A stretch of 64,000 nucleotides of DNA from Squalus acanthias (GCA_030390025.1 CM059428.1:102672001-102736000); one strand, 5' to 3'; shown: positions 1 to 13,643, counted from the stretch's first letter. The notes: generated from the letters alone by a model not told the origin. Translations and numbers: made by a program.

Positions 1-1340
1 GTTCCTATTCGTGACAGGGTATCGTGTTCCTACTCGTGACAGTGTATCATGTTCCTACTTGTGATAGGATATCATGTTCCTACTCCTGACATGGTATCAT
101 GTTCCTACTTGTGACAGGGTATCGTATTCTTATTCGTGACAGGGTATCGTCTTCCTACTCCTGACATGGTATCGTCTTCCTACTCCTGACATGGTATCAT
201 GTTCCTACTCCTGACATGGTATCATGTTCCTACTCCTGACATGGTATCATGTTCCTACTTGTGACAGGGTATCGTATTCTTATTCGTGACAGGGTATCGT
301 CTTCCTACTCCTGACATGGTATCGTCTTCCTACTCCTGACATGGTATCGTGTTCCTACTTGTGATAGGATATCATGTTCCTACTCCTGACATGGTATCAT
401 GTTCCTACTTGTGACAGGGTATCATATTCTTATTCGTGACAGGGTATCGTCTTCCTACTCCTGACATGGTATCGTGTTCCTACTCCTGACATGGTATCGT
501 GTTCCTACTTGTGACAGGGTATCATGTTCCTACTTGTGACAGGGTATCGTATTCTTTTTCGTGACAGGATATCATGATCCTACTCGTGACAGGGTATTGT
601 GTTCCTATTCGTGACAGAGTTTCGTGTTCCTACTTGTGACAGGGTATCATGTTCCTACTCGTGACAGGATATCGTGTTTCAACTCGTGACAGGATATCAT
701 GTTCCTATTAGTGACAGGATATCGTGTTCCTACTCGTGACAGGACATCGTGTTCCTTCTCGTGACAGGATATCGTGTTCCTATTCATGACAGGATATCGT
801 GTTTCAACTCATGACAGGGTATCGTGTTCCTATTCGTGACAGGGTATCGTGTTCCTATTCGTGACAGGGTATCGTGTTCCTATTCGTGACAGGGTATCAT
901 GTCCTATTCGTGACAGGGTATCATGTCCTATTCGTGACAGGGTATCATGTCCTATTCATGACAGGGTATCGTGTCCTATTCATGACAGGGTATTGTGTCC
1001 TATTCGTGACATGGTATCATGTTCCTATTCTTGACAGGATATCGTGTTCCTACTCGTGACAGGACATCGTTTTCCTATTTGTGACAGGGTATCGTGTTCC
1101 TATTCGTGTCAGGGTATCGTGTTCCTATTTGTGACAGGATATCGTGTTCCTATTCGTGTCAGGGTATCGTGTTCCTATTTGTGACAGGGGATCGTGTTCC
1201 TATTCGTGACAGGGTATCATGTTCCTACTCGTGACAGGTTATCGTGTTCCTACTCGTGACAGGGTATCGTGTTCCTACTCGTGACAGGATATCGTGTTCC
1301 TACTCGTGATGGAATCGTGTTCCTACTCACGACAGGGTAC
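1..1340. repeat. 25-bp tandem satellite/minisatellite (consensus about GTTCCTAYTCGTGACAGGGTATCGT) in HEPACAM2 intron 3
   Basis: More than 50 consecutive 25-bp units are visible, with a run of 24-bp variants at about 900-1020. The array decays into divergent copies up to about 1620 and is cut by the window start. Confidence 0.97.
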
Positions 1341-1792
1341 GGTGTTCCTGTTCATGTCAGATTATTACGTTTGTACTGCTGACCAGGTATCAGGCTCCTG
1401 CTCATAGCTGAGTATTAGGTTCCTGTTTGTGCAAAGGTATCATATAACTAATCTTTCAAGGGTACTGTGTTCCTGCTCATGTCAGGATATTCTGCTCCTG
1501 CTTATGGCAAGATACAATATTTCTAATTGTGGCAGGATATCATATTCCTGCTGCTGTCAGGGTATTGTGTTGCTGTTCAGAACAGGGTATTCTGCTCCTT
1601 CTCCTGGCAAGGTATATTATTATTAGTTGTGAAATAGAACCATTTTATTTGTCCTGCCATCTTGGGCTCCCATTGCTTTGAATATAATAATACGCTTAAT
1701 AAGTTTCAACAGTGCTACTCTATATTTAAAGCATGCAACAGATCCAACACAATGAACTGCTCCTGAATATCAATATTTAACATATGACTTAC

Positions 1793-2077
1793 AGTAAATA
1801 TTCGGTGCAATCGGTTCACTTTCATTCATACTGATCGGGTTCTTTGCCACACAGGTGTAATTACTAAGGTCGTCTTTTAAAACGGGAGAAATGAACAGCA
1901 TCTTGTTGTCTGAGGAAAAGATGTGACGAGAGCTTGCCAGTAAGGGCTTTCCATCTTTCAGCCACTGATAAATGACCTTAGTGCCTTTATTCACAGTACA
2001 GGTGAGTGTCGCATTGTCTACATACTCCACTGCTCCCCATGCTGGATCACTGCGCACCACTGGCTTAGAGACAGGAA
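1793..2077 (-). CDS. HEPACAM2: HEPACAM family member 2, coding exon 3 (Ig C2-type domain)
   Basis: Acceptor ttttgcAG at 2078-2080 and donor GTaagt at 1787-1792; 285 nt, phase 1. Translates (V)PVSKPVVRSDPAWGAVEYVDNATLTC...YQWLKDG...NYTCVAKNPISMNESEPIAPNIY, matching my recollection of human HEPACAM2 (PVTKPVV...GAVEYVGNMTLTC...YQWLKNG...NYSCLVRNPVSEMES). Confidence 0.93.
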
Positions 2078-3939
2078 CTGCAAAACAAAAAGATATTTCA
2101 CAGTCAAAGTGTCACAGCTGATAACCTGAGTAATACAAGCAATGCTAACTGGACTTCGTGTATTATTCATCTATTTTTAATGCAGTCTCAGAATTAATTA
2201 TGGAGTAGATTTTATGGATTAGTGCTCTGGGTGCAGAGCTCTGCGTGACAGGAGAACAGTTTGGGTGTGAAGGTCTGCCCGCCCTACATGGCTTTTATTC
2301 CATTCAAATGAATTACAAAACTTAAAATGTTACAATTTAAAAAATAACAATGTATCAGGATAATTTGTTCAGGCTGTTACATAGAAACTGCTGTCAATGC
2401 CAATAATCAACATCTTTTTGTTCGCTGCATTTCAAATCATTCTTGAGCAGACAAATTTAAGATGTCATTCAGGGTCTGGGTAAACAATGCATTGTGGATA
2501 TGTCAGGATTTTTTTCTGTTAGCATTCATCTTTTTCTAACAATAATTGGACACTCTACAACTCAATTGCCAAAGTTTTCAACATTTATACCAGTTTAAGT
2601 GGTTTGTTAATTGTTTGAGAAGCATTCAAGGACCATTGTTGCAGGTGTGTTCTGACTGGCTGCTTGTTTTTGTTATTGCTAATGCATTCTCAGTATGAAA
2701 TAGGGGTCAGGAAAGGGGAGAGCTCAGAGAAAGTGCACTTGTGCCATCTTGCTTACGGCTCGACAGTTTTGACAAAAACAGGTATCCCACCGAAAAATAG
2801 GAATTTCAGTTTCTTAAAGTTTTATTCAAATATCTTTATATACACTTTATCATATCCCAATATGAGTCAGCAATGTCAGGTGAGAAGGTGAGGAAGTTGA
2901 GCAAAACTCCACAATATCTAACTAAGCTTACACTTCATTACTCAACCCTGGTCATTTGCTTTCCATAGATAACATTGCATGACTAGTTCTGTCTATACAG
3001 ATTCCTATAATCTCCAATTCCATTTCCAAGCAGGCATTTGTCTCATTCTTTTTGAAGCAATTAATCAACAATGCATTAACTTTTTTTTTTGGACTTAACC
3101 CCAGTCACAGTTTATTTGTACCTCTCTTTCTGGCAAACTAGTTATGTGAGATATCAGAATTCATCAATACCAGCCCATTATTTGAACTTTGCCTTCTTAG
3201 CCCCAACTTGAATCAAATTCCTGCACCAGCAATAAAGAACTCTAGGCCTCAGTACTAACCTGCTCCTACCTGCTTCTGTCCAACTATCTGTGCATTGCCA
3301 AGTCTGTAACTGTCTATTAAAGAAAGAATTGACTTGAAAAGTCGCATCAGTATATACATTACAAAATTAAAGCCTGGTGGCATTTGTAGCATACTTAAAA
3401 TAAACAATAAGGCTTAGATGAAATAGAAATAGTTCTGTAATAGCAGTGGAATCAACAGCAGGTGCTGAGGTGAGGTCGTAACAGCAGCAGTTCATGCACA
3501 TATATATCCTTGCTGATTTGACTGTGCAAGAGGCTTTGGCACATGAAAGGACATTCTGGAAGACCAGGCAGATATATGGAATTTCAGAAGAGAGAGACAC
3601 AGATAGCATATGTGTGAGGAGAGCAAAAGTAAGATATAGAGATAGACAAAAGAAGCAAACAAAGTGAGGGAGAGAATGAGAGCGAGGTAGATATAGAGAG
3701 TGTGAGTATTGGAGTTGGAGTGGATGAGACACAGAAAAAGTGAGAAACAGGGACAGGAAAAAACAAGTAGGGAAACAATAGCCCAGATTTTGCAAATCTA
3801 GCAAAAATAGGATACAGGTGGCCCATGGTACAGGCGTATCTAATTTGAAGAGGCTACTGGCCCATGAAAAGATTGTCTGGACAGCTTGGCTTGCAGAACA
3901 CTTGGCTAAGGAGTGGAAAATGTCCCGTGGCAATGACTC

Positions 3940-4210
3940 ACAGTAAAAGACAAATTTGTGGTGGTGGCAGAAAAGTGGACTGAATTTTCACAATAATACA
4001 GCAGAGACGTGTAGGAAGCACTGCTCCTTTTGGTGCTGAAGGTCCTGCCGCAGGGGGTGCACCAAAGGAGGGGTGCCCCTCCAGCTAAGGCACAAGTGAA
4101 AGCTGCATGGAGAAATGTCACCAACCAAGCCAATGCAGTCACCTGGGCCACTTGTGCCTGGCTGCAAATGAGGAAGAAGTTGGCTGGTATCAGAGGACGG
4201 TGAACGTGCG
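3940..4210 (+). mobile_element. Decayed Harbinger Myb/SANT gene fragment
   Basis: Translates ...PPAKAQVKAAWRNVTNQANAVTWATCAWLQMRKKL..., the W..V...VN.....W.Q.RKK pattern of Harbinger Myb/SANT-like proteins. Stops are present and no termini were identified. Confidence 0.55.
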
Positions 4211-5856
4211 GATGCGCCTCATTTCTTGTGAGCCTGTCAAGCACAGAATTTCTGCAGCCTCTGGGAGGTATCATTCAAAGCTTTGTACACAGTGATTGCC
4301 CTTTTGCGCACACTGATTTATTGAGCAACGCTGGACAGCGCGCTTTCCTTGCTGGTGGATGTGGCAGCTTTGGAATAGCAAACAGATGGGGAGTAATTTT
4401 CACCATCACTGCCTGGGTGGTTATCTAATGGTAATCTGCTGGAGTGGTTCACCCAGCCTTGCTTGCAAAATGGAAGCAGTGAAGTCAGGTCTCTCCTGAC
4501 ATGTCTAGGGATCTTTAAACACAGTTGACAGAGAAGTGCTGGCTCTGCCAAACTGTCTCCAATATCAGTGCACCTGCATTTGTTATCCGATCATGAATTC
4601 CTCTTCCTCAACTAAACCATTCAACTCGATCAGAACCCCCAAAGGAATACCCACCCAGTTTGTATGGTGGATTTAAATGTCAGCGGTAACCAAGAATATT
4701 GAATCAAATTATTGGTAGGGGGAAAAAATAAAACATTTAAAAATTATGGATTACCCAGGAAAACCAACTTATAATTGAAAACACACAAACACTTTTATCA
4801 CCAACTCCCTCTGCGATCTCCCTTCAAGAAGCTTACTTGAGCAGACTAGGACCCATTTTACACAGGTGAAGTGTGCGCTGCGGGCAAAGTCTCATTTGAA
4901 GTTGCAAGATTTGGTACATGACCTGATTTGAATAACTATGTTACTTTAATTAGGCTTGCACATGCCTGTAGTGTTGCTTTGTTTTGTACTCCCAAATTAA
5001 GCACTGCAAAATGATTGTGGATCAAGCACATAAAATCCAGGCCTGGTTTTATGACCAATGTACATGCAGTGCGACATTCAGCCAGTGGCACACAGTCTTG
5101 CAAAATTAGCCCTTGTGAGAAAGCATGAGAGACAGTTTGAGAGAAAAGAAGTGTTAATGGGTAGAGGATATAGGCACTTACTATGGAGCTGCACTCATCT
5201 GGATTGTTCATTACAATGCAAGGAGTTTATTGTGGAGTGATTCTGACATGAGTTGTCTGATATATTCAATATCCATTGTAACTGGGAAAGCTATATTTGT
5301 CCTGTATTCCAAATTAGTACAGTATAAGAATCTTTAGTGATGTTTGCAGACAGTAGAAGGGATTGAACTAAAAAAAAGTAACTTTGAAACATTCCCAAAG
5401 TAGTTGCACATAATGTGAGCATTGTTCTGTGGAATTCCCTCTCACAACTGATTATTGAGTGTGGGATAGGTACCACAAAAATATTCCTCCTGCATCAACT
5501 TGAATCTGAATCTTGGCCTGAAGAAAGCTACTCTGAGACCGGTCACATATTAAGATAATACTTTGGGAGACCGAAGCTTACCTGTGAAATCGGCAGTCTA
5601 TAAAAAGGCAATTATTTCAGGAGGTGCAGCTCCTTCTAGGGTACAGTTAATGTAAGTAAAGAAATTCCAGGACAAGCCAATAACCCTGCTTAGCCATACT
5701 GATGAAGCACATGGTACTTCGAGGACAATTATATGAAATCGCTGCTGGATGGATGGAAAATCACAGGAAGCCCCCTCCCTGACCTGCACTCCATGTGGGC
5801 AAGACTCTACGCCAATAAATAAAAACTGGGTAAAGGGAGTTTGAAAACCTACTCAC

Positions 5857-6207
5857 CATTGACATGAACGGTCAGTTGTCGACTAGCTGATGCCACCTTC
5901 ACTCCAGAGATAGTCACTTTTATGGTATATTCACCATCATCGCGTAATTCCACTGGGTTAATCAGCAGTGAAGCACTGGGAGGGGATAAGAAAAACCTAT
6001 GCCCATGTTCCATGTCAGGAGTCAAGGTGTTGTTTATAGCAGTCACCAGAAGCATGGAGCCTGAAGATTGGCTTTGGAAAGTCCAGGTTATCTGAATGTT
6101 CTGATCTTTAGTTCCAGTGGTGTAGTTTGCAGGGAGCAGTAAAGGTTGTCCGACAGTGCCCAGGATCAATTCGGTTGGCACTGTGACTGTAACAGCTCCA
6201 CAAGTGC
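5857..6207 (-). CDS. HEPACAM2: HEPACAM family member 2, coding exon 2 (Ig V-type domain)
   Basis: Acceptor tttccttTAG ending at 6208 and donor GTgagt at 5851-5856; 351 nt, phase 1. Translates TCGAVTVTVPTELILGTVGQPLLLP...IQITWTF...PPSASLLINPVELRDDGEYTIKVTISG...SASRQLTVHVN. Confidence 0.93.
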
Positions 6208-8290
6208 CTAAAGGAAAAGTCAAAAGACTGAAAATCCATACGAATCTTCAATACAAGTACACCAGCCACAAGGGATTCATCTTTTAGAAACCGAAAATAA
6301 TATTTTTTACACTCTATTTATTTGGTTTAAACTGAAATTTTACAAGCTAGTAATACAATGAGAGGTTCAGATGACCTTACTGTCTGCAAGAGAAAAACTA
6401 AAATGCTGTATAATGTAAGTAAAACCTTGGGATGTAATCATTTAATTTTCTCTCCTCTTCTGCCCCTAGATCTGTTTGTCGCTGGTGGGTCTGGCACTGG
6501 GTGGGACTGCTGTGTTTTCTTTAGCTAAAATGGCATCGGGGTCCTAATTACATCATAGGACCTCAATTTTAATATATTTATGAGGCCCTCGTCTGCCTAC
6601 CTATGGCAGGCGCCTCGGCTGCCTCTGAAAAGTGCGCGGTTAAAATAAAATAAAATTGGGGCTAAGATTTTTAATATATTGTAGATAGACAGAAATTGTG
6701 ATGGAAAATCAGTTCTTTGCCCAGATGGACTGAGGAATTGATTGGTTTAGTTCTCTGGAAAATAATGTCATTGATCAATTTTGAAATAACTGCAGCTGGC
6801 AAATGAAAAGAGCAACACCATTATTTTACTTGTTGGAAACTCATTTTAAAAAATCACTTGCATTTTCAGTGCTGCAGCTCAGCAGTACTAGAGAAAGTGG
6901 ATCTGTTTCTACAGGTAATATTGTGCACAGAAAATGGAAGAGACTGTCATTTCTATTTTTACAATTTTCTTCTTTTATCTCCCCTTCCGCACGATTTGAC
7001 TAACAATGGGGCATGATACGACAGGTACCAGCAACCCTCCAGAGCTCACTCAAGTTGCCAGTTTTGATGTGTCAGCCTAAACAATGAATGCCAGCAGGCT
7101 ATTTGTAGGTGGATGTCATGACAGTTGAGCCCTGACCTCATCCATTGTCCACAAACAAGCACTTTTGCAGCAGGAGTCACTGGATAGTGATCAGGAGCAG
7201 GAATCCTGGCTGATTTTTTTTTTCCTTTTAGAACACTGGAGCCAATTATAGCAACCAACTGCTGCTTCAAAACTGTCCAACTCTATTTACATTTTTCATT
7301 TGACTTCTTTCCATGATCCAAATACAGACATTTAAATTAAGAGGAGCAAAGTATGCCATTTCATTCTTCGGGAGAAGAAGAAAGACTTTTCCATCAAATA
7401 TTATAGAGATTATGAAATCTCGTGCTGTTTTCCTTGTTGTGCTCTCTGAGCAGAGACAAAGAAAGCAAGCTTGTTCGTCCATGAATTTCCAATTTCAGTC
7501 ACTATGGAAAAACTTACATCTAGTACCCACACACAGAACACAATAAATGCCTTCTTGTGTCCCAGTCTAGCACATCTTGCTGAAATTAAACAAATGTAAC
7601 TACTATGCAAATACATTGCTGTTTTTCTATGCATTGACATCAGAGTCACTGACAATAATTTGTCATTGGTATCTTTTCACCTTTCACCTCCTTTATCATC
7701 CAGGTTATGAAGGAAATCTTGCACTTACTCACTCAATTTAGACCCTTACAGAAGTTGCATACGTGAATGACTCATTGCACCTGCTTGGTAACTAAGCTTC
7801 AACTTTTGAGTATATTTCTTGCCAATTATTTCCCCTTCCTTCTCTCCTGAAGGCATTGACTCCTTGCTGGGTTAATGTAACACTGGTGCTGGGTGCCATC
7901 TGGTACCTCAACCAACTTCATATATCAGTCTTGACAGTAAGTGTCAGAGTGACATTTGACTGCAAGAGAGACGACAGCCAAACCTGATTCACATGCACCC
8001 ACAGGAGGGAGGGAGCCCCGAGGCAGCAGCGGCCCACATTATAGTATATACCCATTATCCCTATTCTCTGTCTCCAAACCAAGTCCCGACCTATGCCAAT
8101 AGGTTGCTTCCAGTTCCATGTGCTTCCATGTTCCGACATTTAAACTACAGTAACATTAAACATTCTACCTAAGACAAGCGCTGTGACCCCCAAAAATGGC
8201 CAGGGTCAGGGATCCACCATTATCGTGGCAGAACTCTTGTCATGATCAAGATGCGTTGGGATTCCACAAGAACAAAAGATTCTGGTTTAT

Positions 8291-8446
8291 GGGGTTGAGT
8301 TTCTGTTGGGTGTCATCAGATCATCTGCCGTAACTTTGGAGGAAGATTTGCAGAAACCCTGCAGAAATGGTGTAAACCGTGTTTCCATGGATGTTCCGTT
8401 AAATTACAGTGGACGATCAGGAGAATCCCCATGAAAATTCAACCCC
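8291..8446. mobile_element. Small MITE (Harbinger-like TIRs)
   Basis: Terminal inverted repeats GGGGTTGAGTTT / AAATTCAACCCC with an internally quasi-palindromic body. Confidence 0.6.
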
Positions 8447-8802
8447 ATGACTCCAGATATATTCTCGAATGTCCTTCTTTCTGCTCTTCCACTCCTCACT
8501 GGTCCCTCTCAGGCTACACACCTTCTGTGTTTGAAAGGGTAGTGGTAGACAGTTTGTCCCTGGGCCACTGTCAATGGTACGTTTGACCATTTCTTGACAC
8601 AGCCCAATGAAGACATCCCATTCCATTTTCCCTTTATGTGGGGAAATGATTGCAACCCCATGGTGTCTCTTGCAACTGAAATTGAAAACTCCCAAAATGG
8701 AAGATCCAACTTGCATGACACCACCTTTGTGGTACGGAATGTTGATACAGTACTCGAACATACTGTGCTACCATACCACAAAGACGTATGCCTTTTGTAA
8801 TG

Positions 8803-9076
8803 AGAACAATAAGAAGTTGCATTTATACAGTGCCTTTAACATAGAAAAACATCTCATGGCACTTAACAAAAGTGGAATTAGACAAAAATGGATACCAAGC
8901 TGAAGGAGTACATATTGTGGGGGTGGGGGGTGGGGGGTGAGGGGGTTGACTAAAAGCTTGGTCAAAGATGTGGGTTATAAGGACAATCTTAAAGAAGGAG
9001 AGGGAGGGAGAGGTGGAGAGGTTTGCAGTGGAGCAGTCGAGAGAGGTAGTGAAGAGGTAGAGCTGGGTGTCGTCAG
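8803..9076 (-). mobile_element. L2-type LINE 3' fragment
   Basis: The minus strand reads ...TDDTQLYLFTTSLD (a YADDTQLY-like RT motif), followed by a 3' end finishing CTGTATAAATGCAACTTCTT. Confidence 0.6.
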
Positions 9077-9167
9077 TGTTTTGAACATTTACTTGGTGTG
9101 GTAATGTAACAACTGCTTTATTCAGTTTATTCTGGAACATTTCTTGCTGGATATATTAATTAGTATT

Positions 9168-9998
9168 AAAGAAAGAAAGACTTGCATTTATATAGGCCCG
9201 TATTTTCCGATGCCTACGGGTGGTACGCGCTGTGTACACACCCGTAGGGACATCGGAAATGCCGGTTTCAGGCATGCGAAGAATGCTCTTAACAGATCGG
9301 ACACCTGTCCTGGAGAAGGGCCTCTGCGGGCAGAGAGTTCCGCTTTCTGCAGAACCTCCGCCCGCTGAAAACCCTTAGAAATCTTATGCCTGGTAAAAGC
9401 AGGCGTAAGGCCTGCTTTCACCAGCATAAGAGTTGAAAAAAGTAAAAACAATAATTTTTTTTCACTCATTTATAATTTAAAAATACTTTTAAAAAAGGTA
9501 AGTTTACTTTTAGTCCCATAAAAAACTTGAATTATTTTTTTCAAAAAATTAAATTTTTGTTTAAAATATTTAATTTAATGTAATTTTAACTCATTTTAAA
9601 AACGTGATGGTTTTTAAAAAATTTATTTAACGTTTTAGTGTCTTTTTGGGGAGATCTCCATTCATACTTTTGACGGGTCGATCTGTCAAAAGTATGAAGG
9701 GAGATTCCCTGCTCCTATTGGCTGGCCTGGCCCACGTGATCCCAGGGACGCTTGCGAACTGCATGCGCCCCTGGGATACGTGGCCCCTGTGCATTTCAAC
9801 TGTGGAGAGGCCCAGGAGCGGAAGTGCCTGGACCGCGGGAGCCCTCAGGTAAGTTCGTAGATTTTTTTCTGATAGGAGCCATCCGCACGCAGGAAGCCTC
9901 CTATCGGAAATTATGGGCCATAGTGTCTTTCATGACCTCAGGACGTCCCAAAGTGCTTTACAGCCAATGAAGTACTTCTGAAGTGTAAGTCACTATTG
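9168..9998 (-). mobile_element. 3' end of a Deu-domain SINE (SacSINE1/AmnSINE1-like), split by a MITE
   Basis: Removing 9195-9922 restores ...CTTCAGAAGTACTTCATTGGCTGTAAAGCACTTTGGGACGTCCTGAGGTCATGAAAGACACTATATAAATGCAAGTCTTTCTTTCTTT on the minus strand, the typical tail of this SINE group. Confidence 0.7.
9195..9919. mobile_element. Non-autonomous Harbinger-type MITE
   Basis: TIRs GGCCCGTATTTTCCGAT / ATCGGAAATTATGGGCC; 3-bp TSD ATA at 9192-9194 and 9920-9922; AT-rich core. Confidence 0.88.
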
Positions 9999-10880
9999 TT
10001 AAGAGGAGGCCCTGGAGTTTTTTTTACAGTATGTTTGTTTCAATTGAGTTCCCTCCAGTATTCCATTAGCTATATTCAAATACAATATAAATCAGTTAGC
10101 ATACGTATGAAAGCTGATCCCAAAACACAGAAGTCTCAGTGTGCTGGTGTGAGTGATGTGGCAGAAGCAATAATTAAAATATAATGGGTATGACTAAAGA
10201 AATATAGCTTGTTACGAAACATTCTTACTGCTTGTTTAGGAATGTTTCCAAAGTAAATGAAGTTGAAATGTTTGTAGGCTTGTCATTTTAATATAAAATT
10301 GCAAATGAATTGACTGAGGTTGTAAGAAGGCACAGATCAACGTTTGTGTGTACTGGATTTCCTGACACTGCCACCATTTTTCATTTTCCTCTCTCTGATC
10401 ATGTTAAAATGTCACGGTTCTGATGTGTGTTGAGTGACTTGCTGGCACTGCTATCATGAGCAGCAGGCAGTGGTGAAGCACTGAGTCCTGTCCTGCTGAG
10501 GCTGTTATTATTCCCATCAGTTCCTCTGGAGCTGATGTCATGAACAGTAGATGGGTTTACTGTAGCTTCTATCATACCATATCCCTGTTGCCTGTAGTAC
10601 CATCAAAACACAATGGGAATATCACATGGCATTTATAGTTTGAACAGTACTGCCTAGTAGTGCCAGCCTGTCGTCTAATTGATTTACCTAATTTTCTCCA
10701 AGTCCCATTGGTACAGCTCTACCTCCAGTGCTCAAAGTACATTTGCATAATCAATTTATTATTACTGGCAAATAAAAGGTATAAAACACTGATGGGGTTA
10801 GGGCTGCCTTTGGCTTTTCATGGGAGGAAAATTGAGGCCAATGTGCCTGTGGAGAGAAATGCTGACTAATCCTTTATTGA

Positions 10881-11070
10881 TGCGGAGATGCCGGTGTTGG
10901 ACTGGGGTGGACAAAAATGAGAAGTCGCACAACACCAGGTTATAGTCCAACAGTTTTATTTGAAATCACGAGCTTTCGGAGCGCTGCTGACAAAGGAGCA
11001 GCGCTCCGAAAGCTCGTGATTTCAAATAAAACTGTTGGACTATAACCTGGTGTTGTGCGACTTCTCATTT
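10881..11070. mobile_element. Penelope-like element end in inverted configuration (perfect 75-bp hairpin) with hammerhead-like core
   Basis: Direct repeat TAATCCTTTATTGA flanks the insert at 10867-10880 and 11071-11084. Arms 10914-10988 and 10997-11071 are perfect reverse complements. CTGACAA-aGGAGCagcGCTCC-GAAA is a minimal hammerhead-like motif. Confidence 0.8.
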
Positions 11071-11515
11071 TAATCCTTTATTGACATATAAATTGGACAG
11101 GTTGATGGGTAAACAAACTGACTGAAACTAAAGAAAGAGACTGAGAGAAGGACATTAAGAAAGAGAGATAAACAATGGCAGAGGTTCGGAATATCTTTCC
11201 TATTACATTTTGCCAATTGAAGGAAATGTTCAGAAAACTACCAAGTTTGGAGCATTTTAATGTTTTAAATATGCTTATTTATTTCCCATTTCTAATTTAA
11301 TATATTATAGCTTGCTCAGAAATAACTTACATCTTCAAACCACTATAAAAATATTGATATTTCATATTTGTATAGTTTGTGTAATATTAAATTATATATC
11401 AAAAAGTAAACAGTTTTAACGTTTATTACTCAATACTACAAAAGTTACAAAGATTTATTGCTGAATTTCAGAAATACGCTACTTATTTAAATTAATATTA
11501 CAACAACAGTGACAC

Positions 11516-11660
11516 ATTGGCCTGGGTGGTGATCTAGTGGAGTAGATTGCCCGCCCATTGTTGAAGCCGCCCAATTTTCATCCCAAATCAATGGGATGAA
11601 AATCGGGTGTGTTCTACAACAGGTAGTTGATCACTCTGCCAGGTAACCACCCAGACAATG
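11516..11660. mobile_element. Old palindromic MITE
   Basis: Ends CTGGGTGGT / ACCACCCAG and a central hairpin ATTTTCATCCCA-AATCAA-TGGGATGAAAAT. Confidence 0.6.
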
Positions 11661-13643
11661 AAGTTGAAAATGAAAAGTATCTGGCTGGGGTGGGTGTGGT
11701 GCCAGGTTCCCCACTGCCTTCCCCCCCGCCCCACACAAATTTCCCTTAGCTGCCCCCATGGCTCCCCAACTATCCTGGCTAGCTTGAACCCCCCAAATAG
11801 GCCTCACTTATGACTCCATGCCAACACTGACCCTACATGAGGTGCCATTGAGAGATGGAAAAGTGGGAACTCCTGATGTAGGCGTTCTCACCCCAGCTGC
11901 ACTGATGACCATGTTTGGGAGAGGGCTGAGGCTCTCACCCAAACAGACCAATCAAAATCTTTGATCGAAGGCTCCAATCTGGCATATCTTGGCTCCAGCT
12001 CAATTTCTTGCTCTTTTTGGGGCCACAGTTTCTTCATGTCTAACAATCAGTTACCACCTCTTGTCTTTGAGGGCTCCAAATTTAGTGCTTCTTCAACTAT
12101 CGGAAGCTTTCAAAACCCAAGTTTGGCATCCTCTAATGACTACTTCCTCAGTTACCTTGTCTTCTCTTTCACTCTTTCTGACCTTGGTGCTCACCTGCAT
12201 TATGGGCCTTGGCCATTCCCTAGTTTCTCAATAACAAAAGAAATGAATAAATCCCACCGATCACCCATTTAATCGTTGGATCCTAAAGGTAATGAAGCAG
12301 TACTTTGGAACATCCAGTCATCTTTGAATGTTCACTATGTGGCAGGACCAGGCAAGGATCACACTTAATAATCCTGCACTTATGCTGTGGTTTTATTTAA
12401 AAACACGGTTGCCACTTTAAAACACAGCTATAATAATTGGGGTTGACAGATTTTCCCAATAATTATTTTCTTTATACTTATATTCCATTCTCTAGAATGC
12501 AGATTTTAGTTACAGACTTAATTCACCTGGTATTCAATTGTAGCATGTGGTTACAAGAACATCAAAAATGTAAACATGAAATATATGCTGGGAATATAGA
12601 TCATGTAAATTTATGTAATAGAGTATTTGGAATGTGTAATATTTATATAGTAGACTGCAGCTGCTATAGCTGTGTGAGTGTAAACAGATATCACCTGCTC
12701 TGTATCTTCTCTTTTTATTTATTTCTCAAAATAGTTCCTTTTTTTCATTAAGCTGAACACCATTCTGCTAAAAGTTAAGCGGGATGGAGCTGTACAGATC
12801 CCCTCCTGTGAAATAAGTTCCACTTCCTTAGCTTAAGCAGTAGCTGCTCACAGAAAGAGCCAAACACTTGTCCGGAAGTTCACAATTTGCAATGTTTAAA
12901 ATTACTTTTCTTTCGCGCGCTACTTGTTTAAAGAACCAGATACCGACTCATCTCTGGAAAAATACAATCCCAATGAGTGACTCCGATCCGCAATGTCTGT
13001 CAAAGGTATAATTTCCACACAAAGATCTGATCGTCTTGACTAACTCTGATCCATAACATTTTAAAGACCTTTAGTCTGTAGTAAAAGGTTTGTCGAAAAT
13101 TGATCTCAAAGGATTTGGAGGTACTTCTAATTTTAAAGCTGCAGGTGAGACAAACTCGATCCGCCCTGTGCGTCGCCTCGGGTCAACCAAATAACCATCG
13201 TCTTTACAGCTCCTGTCCTGTTCATCAAAAATAAGCAGGGCTCAGGTTAGAGTAGATGCTGCTCATACCCTCCGGGTTATATCAGTCTGCCGGGCCGGGC
13301 GGGTTGTCACTCAATAGAAGCAGAAATATTCTACCGACTTGAACCAGCCGCCCGTGAATGTGACCTGTTGCGGTCTCGGTGCCCCTAAGATCCCGCCTAT
13401 TCTTGTTGTTTTACATATTTACTGGTCTCATGCTCTGAAACTCCTCAGTTCCGTCTACCCAAAAAGACAATTTTGCTGTAAATATTTAAAAGTTCCAGTT
13501 ACACAGTCTGCGACTGGCAAGTTTTGCTGGATCCCGCCTTTACACGAGAATCCCAGCACCTGAACTGTCGCTTGGTTTTTATAAGTTCAAAACTTTTTTG
13601 ATGATCAAACGCAAATAACTTTTGTTTTCAGTTTTTTTCCTAC

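Noticed and set aside
849-1059. Repetitive ORFs (RDRVSCPI / HVLFVTGY)
   Set aside because: They arise from stop-free 24-bp satellite variants and have no splice or gene context.
1-1340. Possible CRISPR-like array
   Set aside because: Units are contiguous with no unique spacers, the context is eukaryotic, and there are no cas genes.
3367-3933. 188-aa hydrophobic ORF
   Set aside because: It is the antisense of a GA-rich low-complexity tract with no recognisable domain.
8417-8903. Cluster of overlapping ORFs on both strands
   Set aside because: No recognisable motif or splice structure in any frame; I cannot support it as coding.
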